A stretch of 64,000 nt of DNA from Podarcis muralis (lineage: Eukaryota): contig NC_135671.1 in assembly GCF_964188315.1 (NCBI RefSeq), forward strand, positions 35,712,001 through 35,776,000, in the 5' to 3' direction. Numbering within the stretch: position 1 is the first letter of the stretch; every line of letters begins with the position of its first letter. The notes beneath the pieces were generated by a model, which saw only the letters and a program-made list of their open reading frames with translations, did not search any database and was not told the DNA's origin. Of the stretch, positions 35,801 to 47,717 are shown one piece after another. The position numbers and the translations under genes were made by a program.

Positions 35801-37470
35801 ACATCCCACCAGGGCCGCTGCGGGCTGAGGTTCTCCGGATGACCCATGATGCTCCAGCGGCGGGGCACTTTGGGCGGTATCGGACCACCCATCTGGTAAG
35901 CCGTGAGTTTTGGTGGCCCCGTTTGAAGGCTGACGTGGCTCGCTACGTCGCTGGTTGTGAGGTCTGCAGGCGGGCCAAGGGGGCTACCGGGCGACCCCCC
36001 GGCCTTCTACAGCCGTTGCCGGTTCCACCACGTCCTTGGCACACAGTTTCTCTGGACTTTGTAGTGGAGTTACCCCCGTCTCGTGGCTGCACCTGCCTTC
36101 TAGTTTTCTCCGACCACTTCACAAAGATGGTGCACTGTGCCCCCTGCCCATCCGTACCCTCAGCTAAGGAAACCGCGCAGCTGTACCTTCAGCATGTCTT
36201 CCGCCTGCATGGCCTACCTGAGCGTGTAGTGTCCGACCGCGGCGTTCAGTTCACGTCCCGGTTTTGGCGTGCTTTGCACCAGGCCCTCGGAACAGAGGTC
36301 TGTCTCTCATCTGCTTACCACCCACAGACCGATGGCCAGACGGAACGGGCGAACGCGGTGCTGGAACAGTACCTCCGGTGTTACTGCAGCTACCAGCAGG
36401 ACGACTGGGTCGACCACCTAGCATTGGCGGAGTTCGCTTATAACAACGCGGTGAATGCGTCCACCCAGCAGACCCCGTTCCAGGCCAGTTATGGCTTTCA
36501 TCCACGGTTGTTTCCGGATGTGCTGCCGGCATCTGCGGTCCCTGCAGTGACGGAGTGGCTTCAGGAGCTCCAGTCCCAGCAACAGCTGTTGATGGAGCAG
36601 CTGTGCCAGGCCAAGGAGGCGTACAAGGTCCAGGCTGACCGCCACCGCCAGGTGGGGCCGGAACTTCACGTCGGTGACCTGGTATGGCTTTCCACTCGCC
36701 ACCTCCACCCTTCTCGACCTTCGCGGAAGCTGGACGCCCGGTTCACCGGCCCGTTCCCGATCGTGAACCAGGTCTCGCCTGTGGCATTCCGTCTCCGGTT
36801 GCCAGCAAACCTGAAGGTTCACCCGGTATTCCACAGGTCCCTGCTGAGTCCGGTGGCCCCACCCGACGAGTTCCACCCGGACCGTCCCCGACCGCAGCCA
36901 GTTTTGGTGCGGGGAGAGCCTGAGTACGAGGTGGAACGCATTCTGGACTCCCGATACCGCAGGGGAAGGCTGCAGTATCTCATTGACTGGAAGGGGTATG
37001 GGCCAGAGGACCGTTCCTGGGAACCAGCGGTCAACGTCCATGCGCCTGCCTGCATCCGAGAGTTTCATGCGGCGTACCCCAGCAAGCCGGGTCCGGACCC
37101 TCAAGTGAGGGGGGGGCCTGGGAGGGGGGATGGTGTGATGGCCTGGGATTCCGAGTCTGAGAGCGATCCGGAGGAATCCCAGCCGGCACAGGAGTCCCTG
37201 CCTCCAGGGCCGGCTGAACTGGGGCAAGGCCTAGATGCTGAGGAAACTCAAGAGCAGGCACCAGGTGAAATCATTCAGGCCCCAGAGGTGCTGGAAGACT
37301 CAGTGGCTACAGGTGAGCCTCCCCCGGGGCCCAGTAACCCTTCGGCCTCTCCTGATCTGCAGAGGCTTAGGGCAGAGAGGCGAAGGGAACTGGTGTCTCC
37401 CAGGAGGAGTGCTCGCCTTAAGGCCAAGAGAGGCGGGGCTTCTGGGGGCCGGGACCGCCCCCGGCCTTAG
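32815..37470 (+). CDS. Gag-Pol polyprotein (gag, CCHC knuckle, protease, RT, RNase H, integrase, chromodomain, U3-encoded tail), 1551 aa
   Basis: [14 protein letters not shown]; LVDSGAT; YLDD; RNase H ETDAS; HHCC (HDAPAAGH...CEVC) and DDE core; GPF; chromodomain [11 protein letters not shown]...[13 protein letters not shown]. No stop until 37468, which lies inside the 3' LTR. Confidence 0.95.
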   Translation: MADQAARLLAIAQENQALTHTVQQLSNAVTALQQRLDALPAPGADAPASGKYPVALPEKFDGAPASFPMFLAQAKLYIQGRARNFPDDRTKVHFLISLLKDQAAKWALPLLRQDSPLLADYGGFCNLLEAAFGNPQKESQANRAIRRLRQGKSKVAAYTTEFRLLAQDLTWNDSALRDQYLEGLSDEILDQLATMERPTTLDTLIQQSLQIDDRLEDRRQARGRRHLQFSAPVSTSSPTGPAESLEEPMQLEAVRPRLSPTEKSRRREGNLCLYCGGSGHYARSCPEKRQPQGNRQTPVADGPGYLGSQTAQNGAAPIELQHLMVLVHLYPPGGPWILTHALVDSGATRSYMDAAFAAQHRVPLRNKPEPVQVEAIDGRPLRSGAVTQETQPLVLCLQQHREMRTLDIASMPRFPLVLGMDWLEAHNVQIDWVKRTVHFPDPSSPAETEMLAAAPTEEAAATLPAEYRDYHDVFEERGADQLPPHRSFDCGIDLQPGAPLPVSRLYSLTEPEREALQDFLRKNLERGFIRPSTSPTAAPVLFVKKKCGELRLCHDYRALNKITIPDRYPLPLISELLERVQGAQVFTKLDLRGAYNLIRIRAGDEWKTAFGTRYGQFEYLVMPFGLCNAPAVFQRYINHVFQDLLDKYVVVYLDDILVYSRDPACHEGHVRTVLQRLREHRLYAKLSKCEFHQRSVDFLGHRLSPGGVQMDPGKVAAVREWAAPRNRKDLQRFLGFANYYRTFIADYAHRTIPLTRLLRPKTPFSWDKEAEEAFQGLKACFQRAPILQHPDPSRPFVVETDASSTALGAVLSQQHGSEAPLLPCAFYSRQLLPAERNYTVWERELLAIKVAFEVWRHHLEGARHPVEVRTDHRNLEYLQTTRKLNQRQIRWALFFSRFQFRIRYIPSSQNQKADALSRKPEDNADTVQQAAPTTILPPAAFLATQEVEPLQARVREQQRVDAWAQERLRELAEGSCPQYPGLVSHQGLLLHHGRLYIPPGPLRAEVLRMTHDAPAAGHFGRYRTTHLVSREFWWPRLKADVARYVAGCEVCRRAKGATGRPPGLLQPLPVPPRPWHTVSLDFVVELPPSRGCTCLLVFSDHFTKMVHCAPCPSVPSAKETAQLYLQHVFRLHGLPERVVSDRGVQFTSRFWRALHQALGTEVCLSSAYHPQTDGQTERANAVLEQYLRCYCSYQQDDWVDHLALAEFAYNNAVNASTQQTPFQASYGFHPRLFPDVLPASAVPAVTEWLQELQSQQQLLMEQLCQAKEAYKVQADRHRQVGPELHVGDLVWLSTRHLHPSRPSRKLDARFTGPFPIVNQVSPVAFRLRLPANLKVHPVFHRSLLSPVAPPDEFHPDRPRPQPVLVRGEPEYEVERILDSRYRRGRLQYLIDWKGYGPEDRSWEPAVNVHAPACIREFHAAYPSKPGPDPQVRGGPGRGDGVMAWDSESESDPEESQPAQESLPPGPAELGQGLDAEETQEQAPGEIIQAPEVLEDSVATGEPPPGPSNPSASPDLQRLRAERRRELVSPRRSARLKAKRGGASGGRDRPRP

Positions 37471-38448
37471 AAGAAGATAAAGGTCAGGCAGCCCGGTCCC
37501 AGGTTGCGGGAGCAACGTCGTTGTGGAGTACCTGTTTTACCCAGTCCTTGTTCGGCACCCCCAGTGTGCCTATTCCTCGCCCGGCTTCCTGTTTCTGACT
37601 CTCCGGTGTTCCTGTTCCTCGCCTGGATTCCTGCTTCTGCCCTACCAGTGCTCCTGTTCCTCGCCTGGACTCCTGCTTCTGCCCTACCAGTGTTCCTGTT
37701 CCTCGCCTGGCTACCTGCTTCTGCCCTACCATCGTTCCTGTTACCCCGCCCGGCTCCCTGTCTCGGACCTCGCGTCTCATCTAGTGATCATCTACCCTGC
37801 TAGAGACTCTGAACTGATCTTGGCCTACGGTAATAGTACCTTATTCCCCCTGGGACCAGCACACTCTGGGAGGGACGAAGGGAGAGTTCTTTGGGTGGTT
37901 GGTTGGAGTGGGAGTGAATTGGGATAGAGTCTGTGGGTAGGTTGAGTGAGTGTAGCAAAATAAACTGAGTCAGGAACAGTTAGGAGCTAGGAAGACAAGT
38001 AAATATCTGAGAGGTGGTTTAGTGAGTTAGAGCAGGTAGTGGAACATATAGGTCTGGATAGGCACCCCATGATTGTAATTGACTGAGACCGTTTAAGAAA
38101 CCACACGCTTGTTAAACTGCAATAAATAAACAGAGGTTTATGTTCCAATTTAACCCTGACTGGACTCAGTATTTTACCAGGTAGGGCCTGGGTGGCGGCA
38201 GTGAGAAATAAAGTGGTGGCACAGGGATCAATGGACGATGAAACGTCCGGGGACCCTGTGTGATCGTCACAGAAAAGTGGCGGCAGCGGCAGGATTCGAT
38301 AAGTCTAAGAGCCTGTGAGGGGAAGCAATACACCTGGAGAGGGGAAGGGTAAATCGGTGAAGTGATTACCTGGGCCGAGGGTGTGATTGAGGTAAACCCC
38401 AGATTGCCATGAAGCCGAGATCACAATAAGAGCAAGAGATCTCAGAAG

Positions 38449-39040
38449 TGTGATGGCCTGGGATTCGGACTCGGATGCTGAACCTGAGGAATCCCAGCCT
38501 GCACAGGATTCCCCGCCTCCAGAACCATCTGAGTCGGGGCTGGAGCTTGAGCCTGAAGGGTCCTCACCTGTGCTGGATCCTCAGGTGCAGGCACCAGCTG
38601 AGTCTTCTCTGGCTCCTGAGAGGATGGAGGACCCATTGTCTGCAGGTGCTCCACTCTCAGTCCCATTAGGGGAAGATGAGGTTACCTCTGGGTCCGGTAA
38701 CCCTCCAGCCTCTCCTGAACTGCAGAGGCTCAGGGCAGAGAGGCGGAGGGAAGTAAGTTCCCGCAGGAGGAGTGCTCGCCTCCAGGCCAGTGGACCTGGG
38801 CCGCCCTATGCCTTGGGGCAGATAAAAGCCAGCCAGCCCCAGTCCCAAGTTGCAGGAGCAACATTGTTGGTAGCCAGTTCCTGCCTGAACCCTGTCCTGC
38901 TTTCTTGCTGGAGCTCCTCACCTCACCCTACTCCCTGCCCTGTGCCCAGCTTCAGCTTTGATGGACTGCCTCCATGCTGCACCTTCGACCTTGGACTGGA
39001 CTCAGACCTCGCCTCACGGTTAACCCACGGGACCAGCACA
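38449..39040 (+). mobile_element. Solo LTR of a diverged sister subfamily of the sushi-type element
   Basis: Same termini (TGTGATGGCCTGGGATTC...GGGACCAGCACA) and a 5-bp TSD AGAAG. Confidence 0.92.
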
Positions 39041-39223
39041 AGAAGACTGTTCTGGCAGAGGCTTAGGGTCAGGGTCAGTGGAAGTAAGCTTGCAAGGTTA
39101 GAGGCAAAAACCTAAAGCTATACTTTGAGGACCAGGGTCTTGAAAAGCCAAGCCGGGAGGAACAGTGTTGAGAGTAAAATTCTCTTATTTAATTAATTAG
39201 TGCAAAATACTAACTCACACATA

Positions 39224-40370
39224 ATGCCCCCCAAGAAGACCAAGCACCCCGTGAGAGAAAACCCATACGAAAGCTCTGGGGAAGAGAATGGGAATCCCCA
39301 GGGGGAGGAAACGAGAATGGAAGAGATGACTAAAACCCCACCTGAAGTAGAAGTTCCACAGTTCTCAGAGGATTTTGAAAAGTGGAAATTTGTACAAGAA
39401 TATAACTTGAAATTAGAGCTTGAGAAAACTAGAACTGAACAAGACTTGGAAAAAGAAAAAGAAAAATTGAGGCTTGAGCAAGAATTGGAAAAAGAAAAAT
39501 TGAGGGCTGAGCAGGAAAGGGAACAGCAGCGGTTTCAGTTAGAGATGAGATGGTTGGAATTAACGGTATGATTGGAAAATCAAAATAATAGTAATAAAAC
39601 CAATGGGCAGAACCAAATGAAGATAGATTTAAAACGCTTTCCTGAGTTTAGGCATAAGGATAGCCCAGAAGCATTTTTAGTATCCTTTGAGAGAGCCTGT
39701 CACAATTTTCAAGTGAGAGAGGAAGATAAAATGATGATCTTGAGAGCTAGAATAAGTGGTCCTCTAGCTGAAATATATGCACAAATGACTGAGGAACAAT
39801 CCCGAAATTTTGAGGTGTACAAGCAGTTAATATACACCCACTTTGGGATTACCTCAGAGCAGTTGAGAAAAATTTTTAGAAGTGTGACAAAGGTGAGGGA
39901 GGAAACCTATGTGCAGCTGGGTGCAAAGATAAAAACTTACCTCACGAGATGGTAAGAGCAAGAGAATGCAGACACGGTACCAAAGATTAGGGAAGTGATA
40001 GCGTTGGAGCAATTTTACGACACAATAAATGGCCAATTGAAGTACCTGATAAAAGAAAGGAACCGCAAGACAATAGAGGAAGCAGCTGGTTTAGCCGATA
40101 AAATAAATGAAATGGCCCACGGATTTGTTGGGCCAAAATTTGGTAGGAGATATTGGGAAACAAACAAGAATAAATTTCAGCAAACCAAAGGAAAGATTAC
40201 CTCAGAAACTGATAAGAGAAGTAGCTCCTCTTCAAAAAGCCAACATGAGAAGGCACACACCCATACGGAGTTTACTGAGGGAAAAGTCAATAAAACAAGT
40301 TATGCAGGACCCAAAGACATTTGACGCTGGAGATGTGGAAAATTAGGTCGTAAAAGTTTTGATTGTAAAA
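39224..40370 (+). pseudogene. Gmr1-like gag with coiled coil, SCAN-like domain and degenerate CCHC knuckle
   Basis: One frame with three in-frame stops (39569, 39953, 40322). ITSEQLRKIFR...RW*...IALEQFYDTI..QLKYLIKERNRKTIEEAAGLAD matches the SCAN pattern (LEQF...W..E..P...EEA..L). Confidence 0.8.
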
Positions 40371-41071
40371 CAGGAAAAGAAACGTCTATTGGTAGCACCA
40401 CACAAAAACAGACATATTGTATCCGGCCTGTGGAGCAGTGCCAGGCTAGTCAGGTTGTCAAGGGAACCAACATGCCAGCTGAAATTCCCAGGTGTTGAAA
40501 AAAGGCTATTTATGTGTGTAACAACTGCGACCCGTGTTTTATTAGCCCCCAAATGGAAAGTGAGTGAGGTCCCAACTAAAGAGGATTGGCAACTTAAATT
40601 TGACAGAATATGCACAACTTGCAGATTTAACGTATAGAATAAGAGAGCAAGAAGAACATATGTTTCAAGAAGACTGGAAAACATTTATTTAATATATGGA
40701 AAATAACTGTATACAGCTGAAAACGCTGGCAGCATGAAGATAAATTCAACAGAGTAAATAATTTTTGATGGATGTAAAAGTGGAAAACTGATCTGAATGG
40801 TTACAGTAAAATATGCCAGGATGTAGGATACGTAGAATGAACCATGGAAAGAGAAGAAGGGAAATCACTGGATATTTTAAAGTTTGTAAAATGTTTATTT
40901 GAAATTGAAAAATTGAAAATTTAATAAAAATTATTATAAAAGAAGAAGAGAGGTGAAATACAAATATTTGAATGAACAAATGAACGTACATTGAACAAGG
41001 TTCCATTATTCCCTTAGCCATCCACATCTGAATCAGATTCAGTACATCATAGCCTGTTAACCAACCTCTCA

Positions 41072-42013
41072 CTAGGACTGTTGAAGAAAGACCCTCTTTC
41101 CCAGGAGACCCCACAGAGCTTCCTTGACATCTTTGTTCCTGAGGCTGTAGATGTAAGGGTTGGACATTGGGGTGATGACAGTGTACACCACAGCAAAGAC
41201 AGCCCCTCGCTGGGATGAGTAGCTGGATGTTGGCAAAAAGTAGACAGCAATGATAGCTCCATAGAAGAGGGTCACCATGGTGAGGTGGGAGCCACAAGTG
41301 GAGAAAGCTTTGCGCCTCCCCGATGAAGATAACTTCATCACAGCTACCACAATGCGGACGTAGGTGAGGATGACTAACACAAAAGGTCCAAGAACGACGA
41401 TGACACCTTCAAAGAAGATGACGGCTTCATTGACACTGGTGTCTGAGCAGGACAGCTGCAGGAGGGGCTGATGGTCACAAAAGTAATGGAACAAGTGGTT
41501 GTCCCCACGATAACTGAGACGCAGGAGGAGGCTGGCATGGAGCATGGAGTGGAGGGTAGAAACAATCCAGCAGCCAGCTACCAGGTGTCCACAGACCTTC
41601 TGGTTCATTACCGTGGTGTAGTGTAGTGGATTGCAAATTGCAACATAGCGATCCAGAGCCATGACGCTCACTATCAGAAGGTCAGTCACGCCAAACACGT
41701 AGAAGAAGAAGAACTGAGCCATGCAGCAGTAGAAAGGGATAGTCTTGGAAGTGGAGATGATGTGAGCCAACATCTGAGGCACAGTGACTGATAGGAAGCC
41801 CACATCCACCACCGAGAGGCTCCGAAGCAAGAAATACATGGGAGTCTGGAGTCGGGCATCCAGAGAGATGAGAATGATCATCATGATGTTGCCCAGAAGT
41901 CCTGCTCCATACATCAGCAGAAAGATTAGGAACAAGAGTGGCTGCTCTTTAGGCTGGGTGGAAAAACCCAGAAGGACAAACTCGACGATGTCTGTGCCAT
42001 TCTCACAGTCCAT
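41072..42013 (-). CDS. Olfactory receptor (class II, family-1-like), 313 aa, copy B
   Basis: Same motifs; about 14 substitutions plus a one-codon indel versus copy A (manual count). Confidence 0.93.
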   Translation of the reverse strand: MDCENGTDIVEFVLLGFSTQPKEQPLLFLIFLLMYGAGLLGNIMMIILISLDARLQTPMYFLLRSLSVVDVGFLSVTVPQMLAHIISTSKTIPFYCCMAQFFFFYVFGVTDLLIVSVMALDRYVAICNPLHYTTVMNQKVCGHLVAGCWIVSTLHSMLHASLLLRLSYRGDNHLFHYFCDHQPLLQLSCSDTSVNEAVIFFEGVIVVLGPFVLVILTYVRIVVAVMKLSSSGRRKAFSTCGSHLTMVTLFYGAIIAVYFLPTSSYSSQRGAVFAVVYTVITPMSNPYIYSLRNKDVKEALWGLLGKRVFLQQS

Positions 42014-45000
42014 GGGACCTGCAGAGAGAAACACACCACACAGCTGGCATGAGCCAAAGGGCTTCATAGCATAGTTTCCTGCCTAGAGGAAGGCCCATCT
42101 AACACAACACTGAAAGGGATGGTTCAGTGGTTAAGATTGCAAATTTTGGAACACAGATTCTGAGGTTGAACTCTCAGTATGTGAATTTTGGCCTTTTTAC
42201 ATTTGTTGAGCAGTCTTTTTGTTTTGTGGTTTTATCAGGTGGAAAATGTGGAATGCCATTAACAAACTGTCAGCTACCAAATACTATCAAATCCTTTGGA
42301 TACTGCCCACCATTTCATATCAACAATAAAGTACTGTCAACATTTCTAAATACGATACCATATAGAGAATCAAATATTTTTGCTTAATAAATATTCTGGC
42401 ATAGCTACCGTTAAATACTAGGTGGTCATTTCCCCCCTCATTCAGTTGTTTGGATATTGATAAAGGTCATCTCCTCCTAAACCAGAGATGGGGGACTTGT
42501 CGTCTTCCAGCTGTTGTTGGACCTCAACTCTCACCTGCCCCAGGTAGCACAGCCAACAGTCAGGGATGATGGAAGTTGAAGTTCAACATCTGAAGGACAC
42601 AGGTTATCCACTCCTGCTCTGAACTATCCTTTCCTGCTTACAATGATTCTCCAGTTTTGTTACATTATATCTGGCTAATGACCACCAGTCACACTCATTG
42701 TTTCAACACACCTATTTGTTTGTGGCTCCACCTTGACAGTTTTCATAGGATGGAACAAGAAACAACACGCGACAAGCTGTGATGACCTGGTGCATTTCCC
42801 AATTCTTAAAATTATTTTATAATTATTAAAAAATGAAAAAAATGGTTCAGGGCTGCCTTTAATGTGCTTTCAACACTTAATGATGCACTATATTGAGTAA
42901 AGCCATTGGTTTACCTTGCCCAGTCATCTCTACTGTGACTGGCAGCAGTGTCCCAAGATCTTGGGTCGAGATTGCCCCCAATGAGTCAATTTAAGAGTAT
43001 TTGTCGTGATCGGGAATCTGTGGAACAAAGTAACATATTCACATGGCATGCATTATCTTTTGCAACCTGATGATGCCATGGAAAACCAAGGCAATAACTG
43101 ATCAAAGAAGAATCTGACAGATTCAGGGACCACAGGGCACATGTGAATGAAGTATAGAGAGCCAATGACTGAGTGGGGGAAAGTGGATAGCAGATAATCT
43201 TTTAGCCCTGTGCCTCTTACTAGACAGTCAAGTGCAACAGCAGATATATAGACAGAAGATGGGGAGGGAGAGAGAGAGGGAGACACAGAACATAATTTTT
43301 AGTGGTGGTGAGCCATGTTCTAAAATATGGGTTTGCTGTTATCACGTCTAGTAAGATCACATCATAGTCTGATCACAAAGTTTCATGGATATTGAATTGG
43401 ATGTAGGGATTTTTGAATCTGTCCATTTTGGTTCCTTTAGTTCCTGTAATCTTAAATTCAATTCTCCACATTCCTACATCAGTGTCCTTTTTAGTTTATG
43501 TCCGTGTGATAATTCATCAGGATTTTAGTGCAATTTCCCTCCAATTTGCATATTTTATATGCACGCTTTTACAAAGCAAATTGTAATGCAATTTTGTATG
43601 TTCTTTTTGGTAATATATGCATTTTTTATGAGCACTTTGCCTAGTAAATTCATTTTTGTACACATTACTTGACTGGAGAACCACAATGCAAAGTTCAGAG
43701 AAGCATGAAATTTGAAGGATGGCTTTGTTTCAGTTTTCATGTGGCTTCTGAAAGTGTGGATTAAGTAGCCCACCCTCTTCCCGCAATAACTCTTGCTCTC
43801 ACTCTCTAATCTCCCATGGACCCACTCTTTCTGCCTGCACAAGCTCCCATTCAAATTCTCGCTCTCCTCCTCCCACCAGACCCACTGTCTGCCCATGCAA
43901 TTTTGAGAAGGAGCCTGAATATGTGAAGAAAAAGTAGTTGTGTTTGAAGTCCAAACAGGACAGGGGACACTTTTCTCAAAAAAGAAAAGAAAAAGACACT
44001 CACATTTTTTTAGGGATGGGTGGCAACCCTAGCTAACACTTGCTTTGAAGTATCATGCAGTATCTCTGCACACAAATCAGAATGAATGCTAATTAAATCC
44101 CCATTATCATCTAATCTCTTTGCAAATTAATAAACAGGTTTTCTGGAAGCAGTCTATTAGTCTGCTCCAGTGCAAACAATGAAGGGGGCTTCCTGATGGC
44201 TGTTTATTGTAGGATCAGAGTTCCTCATGCATGCAAAGGCGTGTTTGTTTTTTTTTGCAGAGGACACACCACATTGTTGTGATGTTTCAAGGACCCATTT
44301 GCAAGTTATGCCCTCATCTGAAAGCACCCAAAGAGGTGGAAGACTGCGGTAAACACTTGCCCCGCCCCCCAAATGGGGCAGTATAATTCACAATAACAAG
44401 CTTAAGATGTGAAGGTGAGCAATCAAGCTGAAACTACAGCACATATTAGAGGTCTTCTACTGTCCCACAATCACTTTACCTATTTTGTGGTCCCATATAT
44501 CAAATGTCCACATTTTACATCCTTGTGCACAACATATCCACAGGCTTTTCATTCACAGATCTCTGTTGCTCATGCCTATAGGAACATACACAAGAGCATT
44601 TTCTCTCCAAACTATTGCTGGGCTGATCTTGCGTCAGAAGGGCTGCCTTGCCTTGCCTTGGTCTGGGCCAGACAAATTCAGTCCCACCACAGACTCGCAT
44701 TCTGTCTCATCTAGCTGATGAAGGTCTAAATAAAGGGTGCCTAGCACACTGTTACAGGCATTGTGTTAAAAGTTAATGGGGCATCAGAGACAGTGGCATG
44801 CCTCAAGATGGTAACTAAATCCATCCTTACCTGCCTCTGTTTGGATGCTCTTAACTCCTCGCCCACTTGATCTTCAGGCTTGAACAAAAGCACTGGGTAA
44901 AATGGAACAAAACCCAACAGAACTGCTTTGCTTAAGTATCTCTAAGTTCTGATAAGAAACAGGAAGGGTCTCGTTAAAGGATTTGCATTGGGAGCCTGTA

Positions 45001-47567
45001 GAGATCTCTCACAAGCCACTTGAGAATAGCTGCTCTTCAACTCTAAAAAGAAAACTTAGCAATCGTGTTCTATATATCAAGTATAAAAATTCCACCCTTT
45101 CCCCAGCTTATGTTTCCCCCCATAAACTGGATTGTATCATATCTGTTTACATGAAATCAGGCCACCAAAGATTGCAACAGACTACAACCGACCTTGCTTT
45201 TTAACCTCTATGGATTCAGCTAGACTGGTAACGAAAAGCAATTTATATGTGTTGTATGTGCAATATGAAAGGAACATTTCGTACAAAGATTACCATAATA
45301 AAGGACAAAAGTGGTAAGGACCTAACAGAAGCAGAAGACATCAAGAAGAGGTGACAAGAATACACAGAGGAATTATACCAGAAAGGTATGGATGGCTCGT
45401 ATACCCTAGGTAGTGTGGTTGCTGACCTTGAGCCAGACATCCTGGAGAGTGAAGTCAAATGGGCCTTGGAAAGCACTGCAAATAACAAGGCCAGTGGAAG
45501 TGATGGTATTCCAGCTGAACTATTTAAAATTTTAAAAGATGATGCTGTTAAGGTGCTACACTCAATATACCAGCAAGTTTGGAAAACTCAGCAGTGGCCA
45601 GAGGATTGGAGAAGATCAGTCTACATCCCAATCCCAAAGAAGGGCAGTGCCAAAGAATGCTCCAACTACCGCACAATTGCACTCATTTCACACGCTAGCA
45701 AGGTTATGCTTAAAATTCTACAAGGAAGGCTCAAGCAGTATGTGGGCCGAGAACTCCCACAAGTGCAAGGGGCAGAGGAACCAGAGACCAAATTGCAAAC
45801 ATGCGCTGGATTATGGAGAAAGCTAGAGAGTTCCAGAAAGACATCTACTTCTGCTTCATTGACTATGCAAAAGCCTTTGACTGTGTCAACCACAGCAAAC
45901 TATGGCAAGTTCTTAAAGAAATGGGAGTGCCTGATCACCTCATCTGTCTCCTGAGAAATCTGTATGTGGGACAAGAAGCTGCAGTTAGAACTGGATATGG
46001 AACAACTGATTGGTTCAAAATTGGGAAAGGAGTACGACAAGGCTGTATATTGTCTCCCTGCTTATTTAATTTATATGCAGAATTCATCATGCGAAAGGCT
46101 GGATGAATCCCAAGCCAGAATTAAGATTGCCAGAAGAAATATTAACAACCTCAGATATGCAGATGACACAACCTTGATGGCAGAAAGTGAGGAGGAATTA
46201 ACGAACCTTTTATTGAGGGTGAAAGAGGAGAGCACAGAATATGGTCTGAAGCTCAACATAAAAAAAATGAAGATCATGGCCACTGGTCCCATCACCTCCT
46301 GGCAAATAGAAGGGGAAGAAATGGAGGCAGTGAGAGATTTCCCTTTCTTAGGCTCCATGATCACTGCAGATGGTGACAGCAGTCACGAAATTAAAAGACG
46401 CCTGCTTCTTGGGAGAAAAGCAATGACAAACCTAGACAGCATCTTAAAAAGTAGAGACATCACCTTGCCAACAAAGGTCTGTATAGTAAAAGCTATGGTT
46501 TTCCCAGTAGTGATGTATGGAAGTGAAAGCTGGACCATAAAGAAGGCTGATCGCTGAAGAATTGATGCTTTTGAATTATGGTGCTGGAGGAGACTCTTGA
46601 GAGTCCCATGGACTGCAAGAAGATCAAACCACTCCATTCTTAAGGAAATCAGCCCTGAGTGCTCACTGGAAGGACAGATTGTGAAGCTGAGGCTCTAATA
46701 CTTTGGCCACCTCATGAGAAGAGAAGACTCCCTGGAAAAGACCCTGATGCTGGGAAAGATGGAGGGCACAAGGAGAAGGGGACGACAGAGGACGAGATGG
46801 TTGGATAGTGTTCTCGAAGCTACCAACATGAGTTTGATCAAACTGCGGGAGGCAGTGGAAGACAGAAGTGCCTGGTGTGCTTTGGTCCATGGCAGGGGCG
46901 CCGACTTATAAAAAATATTGGGGGGGCCCATACCGGGGTCCCGCCCCGGGAAGTTTTCTAAGTTCCCCGCAGGGCGGGGCCGCTGCAGAAGGGTGAGTGG
47001 CGAGGGCGGGATGGGGCCGCGCGCTCCTTTCCTCGGCTGCCCTCGTCGCGGGCCTTGGCTCCCGCGGCCGGCGAGGGGAGCCCGGGCCGCGCGCGGCTGC
47101 TGCTGCCGCCGCCGCCACCTCTCCTGGGGGCGCCGCCTCCCCGGGCGGGAACGCTGCGGGTGCGCGAGGGATGCCATGGGGTATTATTTTCACCTTGCTT
47201 TTTTAAAAAGGAAAACAAGCCACACTTTACTAAATGTACGCAAAACACCTGGAACATGCAGCTCTTTAGATGGCAATGAAGGTGGTGAGAATGGAGAAGT
47301 GATGATCTCATTGCCCTCTGGATTTTGGGTTAAATATTTGAGAGAATAAGCTTTATCGTAAAGCAGGTTTTAGAAACGAAACTCACCCTGATAAGGCCCA
47401 TCTAAGGACTAAATGCCATCTACATAACATGCCCAGAATCTTATGTTTTTTTGCAAGTCATGTTGTTCTGCCAAAACGCAGGCTAAAATGACTGCATGGA
47501 AAACGTGGCATGCTAATAGCGATTTGAAGTTAAATATTCATACTGATGAATAGCTATATCAGCAGAG

Positions 47568-47717
47568 CAGTGGCGTAGCGTGGGTTGTCAGCACCCGGGG
47601 CAAGGCAAGTAATTTGCACCCCCTAACCCGTGGATTTTAGCACTTGAGTGCGAGCGCCCCCCCCCCCTAGATGCCTGGTGCGGCCGGCCCCCCTGCACCC
47701 CCCACGCTACGCCACTG
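47568..47717. mobile_element. hAT MITE, same family, opposite orientation
   Basis: Perfect TIRs; no TSD visible; abuts a CR1 5' truncation point. Confidence 0.85.

Larger units (their letters stand above)
32022..37863 (+). mobile_element. Full-length Ty3/Gypsy chromovirus (Tf1/sushi group) LTR retrotransposon
   Basis: 730-bp LTRs 32022-32751 and 37134-37863 (TG...CA; no differences seen by eye). 5-bp TSD CTCTG (32017-21 / 37864-68). PPT just before 37134; intact ORF. Confidence 0.97.
31920..40480 (+). mobile_element. Decayed Gmr1-like Gypsy element (5' LTR 31920-38271 split by the chromovirus; PBS; SCAN-containing gag), 3'-truncated
   Basis: TGTGACG...CGTCACA termini; AATAAA near 38122; tRNA-Ser-like PBS TGGCGGCAGCGGCAGGATTCGA at 38278-38299; gag downstream. 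Confidence 0.8.
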
